Assembly (NCBI GenBank): GCA_002269645.1
Contig: NIVC01000109.1
Span: 310,001 to 374,000, forward strand
Reading direction: 5' to 3'
DNA length: 64,000 bases
DNA from: Macrostomum lignano
Taxonomy: Eukaryota
Below are positions 62,170 to 64,000 of this stretch, piece by piece. The notes beneath the pieces were generated by a model that had not been told where the DNA came from, searched no databases, and saw only the letters and a program-made list of their open reading frames with translations. The position numbers were made by a program, and so were the translations under genes. The first letter of the stretch is position 1. Every line of letters begins with the position of its first letter.

Positions 62170-62821
62170 GAGTCGCTGAAAGACGAATGGGGACTAAAGG
62201 TGAGAAGCTGTTGACCCGTAACCCCAAACCCACCAGCCAGGCCAAGAGGTAGCGACCAGAGGGTGGCTTAAGCCCTTACCGGCCCGACCGCTAGCAAACG
62301 AGAAACTCCCCGGCTAAGAGCCCGGCTTAGAAAAACCAGAGGCCGAACTAAAGGACCATCAGCGCGGTACTACACTGGGCCCTTGAGGGAAGCAGGAGGA
62401 CTGCCTCCGGAGCCTGCGGACTGGCCGCATACCCTGTTAAGGTCAGAGGGTGATACCTGTTCCTCAGAGCCGTGGCCAGAGGTACCTGATACGCACAGGT
62501 TCACTTTCGGGCGGAGCCCGTACCCAACTTGGCCAACGAGCCACAGATGGGTTGCCGCCGCCGAAGCTCAGTCAGTCCAGCAGCCCTAGAGCTGCCTTGA
62601 ACACATGCGGGGCGTTAACCCCTGGGTCGGCTTGTGAGTCAGCTTGGAGAGAGTTCTCCTGCCATTCCTACACCAGAATAGAGGGGGTGCAGGTGTGTAG
62701 GATCGCAGACCTAAGCTCGTAGACCTGGTCTGTCTCATGCTACACAGGCGTGCTGAACCCACCATGCATGCCTTAGAGAGCACACCCTCTCGCCAGCCAC
62801 CTGCGAATTTCTCGCCCTACA

Positions 62822-63820
62822 GATCGCCCGCCTCAAGTCCCGAGCGCGAACTTCAGCAAGCGCTACCGCGAGCTCTGCCACCTAGCCTTCGCTGAGACAA
62901 CCGCGCGCTCTTACCGCTGCCAGATCGACTCCTGAAAGCGGTTCTGCAAGCAGATGCGCATCGACAGCACCAGACCGTCTCTGCAGCAGATCGCGCTCTA
63001 CATCATCGCGCTGTCCGACCGCCTCTCCTCGCATGCCAGCGTCGGTGCGTACATTAACGCCGCAGACCTGCACTGCAAGCTCAAGACCGGCCGCGGCCTT
63101 CCTCGCGACCCCCGTATCGACCTGCTCCTCTGCGGTGTACAGCGCAAACTCGCCAAACCGCCGGCGCGCAAGGCGCCCATCACTCCGGGTGACCTCCTCA
63201 AACTGCGAGGAACCCTGCGCCTGCAGCAGCCTCAAGATGCAGCCTTCTGGGCGGCGGTCCTGGTCGGATTCTGGGGCCTCCTGCGCCGCGCCAATCTGTG
63301 CTGCTCGAAACCGTTCCCACCAGCTGGCAAGGCGGTCACCTGCGGCGACCTGCAAGTATCACCGGATCTGGCCATCCTGCACATTCGGCGCTCCAAGACG
63401 AACCAGTTCCGCCAGCGAGTGCACCGCGTTGTCCTGCCGCGCCTCCGGCACGCGGCGCAGCACCCGCTCTGCCCGGTGGCAGCGCTAGTTCACCACCTGC
63501 GCATCAACCCGCCCGACCGCGCCGCTGCTGCCCACATCTTTGCCTACCGAAGCAGCGGCGGCATGACGCCTCTGACCGGCACCCGGTTCTGTCGCCTGTT
63601 TCAGCACGTCATCCACAGTGCCGGCCTGGCAGACCGGTCTCTGTCTCCTTACAGCCTTCGACGCGGCGGCGCCTCGCTGGCCTTCCGCGCCGGTGTGCCG
63701 CTGCCGGTCGTCAAGGCCCTGGGCGACTGGCGGAGCTCGGCGGTTGAGGTGTACCTGGGGCTGGAGAAGGGCTTCGACCTCCAGCTGGCGGCTGTTCGCA
63801 AACTGTCTCAATGCCTTTAA
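62822..63820 (+). pseudogene. Tyrosine recombinase of DIRS/Ngaro (or Crypton) type, decayed
   Basis: AFAETTARSYRCQIDS*KRFC (TGA at 62933-62935), GLLRRANL, IRRSKTNQF, YSLRRGGAS (H of HxxR replaced by Y), LGDWRSSAVEVYL. Confidence 0.88.
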
Positions 63821-64000
63821 TTTTTCGTTTGCCTGCTCTGGGTAGAGGCTGGTGTGCTGTCTGCTTTCTTTTTCCACTGGCTTGGACTCAAATGCTCTGA
63901 TTTTTTTTCTTCTCAACTCGTGTTTTTTCTCTTATTTCGTATTTTATCTTTTTCTTGCAATGATGACTGTTTTTTTATCGATTAAGTGCCGTTTTAATGA

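Larger units (their letters stand above)
60120..62800 (-). mobile_element. Non-LTR retrotransposon (R1/LOA-like): 5' UTR, ORF1 and APE start of ORF2; RT missing
   Basis: ORF1 followed by an overlapping -1-frame APE ORF; ends at the RTE-like fragment. The 5' boundary is approximate. Confidence 0.75.

Noticed and set aside
29530-62935. Two TGA codons at expected Trp positions (29530 and 62933), suggesting TGA=Trp recoding
   Set aside because: The same ORFs use TGG for Trp elsewhere, TGA terminates other ORFs here, and single G->A changes explain both.

Overview
Repeat-rich animal nuclear DNA: spliced genes, short TTAGGG tracts, no prokaryotic features. The style resembles a free-living flatworm such as Macrostomum, but that is only an inference. 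Positions 1 to ~36.5 kb are a single-orientation (minus-strand) train of Helitrons. It begins with the 5' part of an intron-containing RepHel gene (1-2842), followed by ten head-to-tail non-autonomous units of the same family (2843-21326) and several elements of other families joined exactly CTAG|TC. A young Ty3/Gypsy LTR retrotransposon (24251-31391) is inserted in the train. It has gag, a -1 slippery site, pol and an unexpected third ORF that resembles a catalytically dead TatD DNase. Positions 37-56 kb hold four tandem minus-strand NF-kB/Rel-like genes (RHD, with IPT in three). Their exon structures can be rebuilt with consistent splice phases. One copy has minisatellite-filled introns, and kappaB-consensus sites cluster between two copies. 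Positions 56-64 kb hold a hAT-type MITE, an intronless glycine-zipper ORF, a 3'-truncated R1/LOA-like LINE, an RTE-like RT fragment and a decayed DIRS/Ngaro-type tyrosine recombinase. Most long ORFs in the supplied track that fall in repeats are artefacts. All calls are by eye, without database searches.
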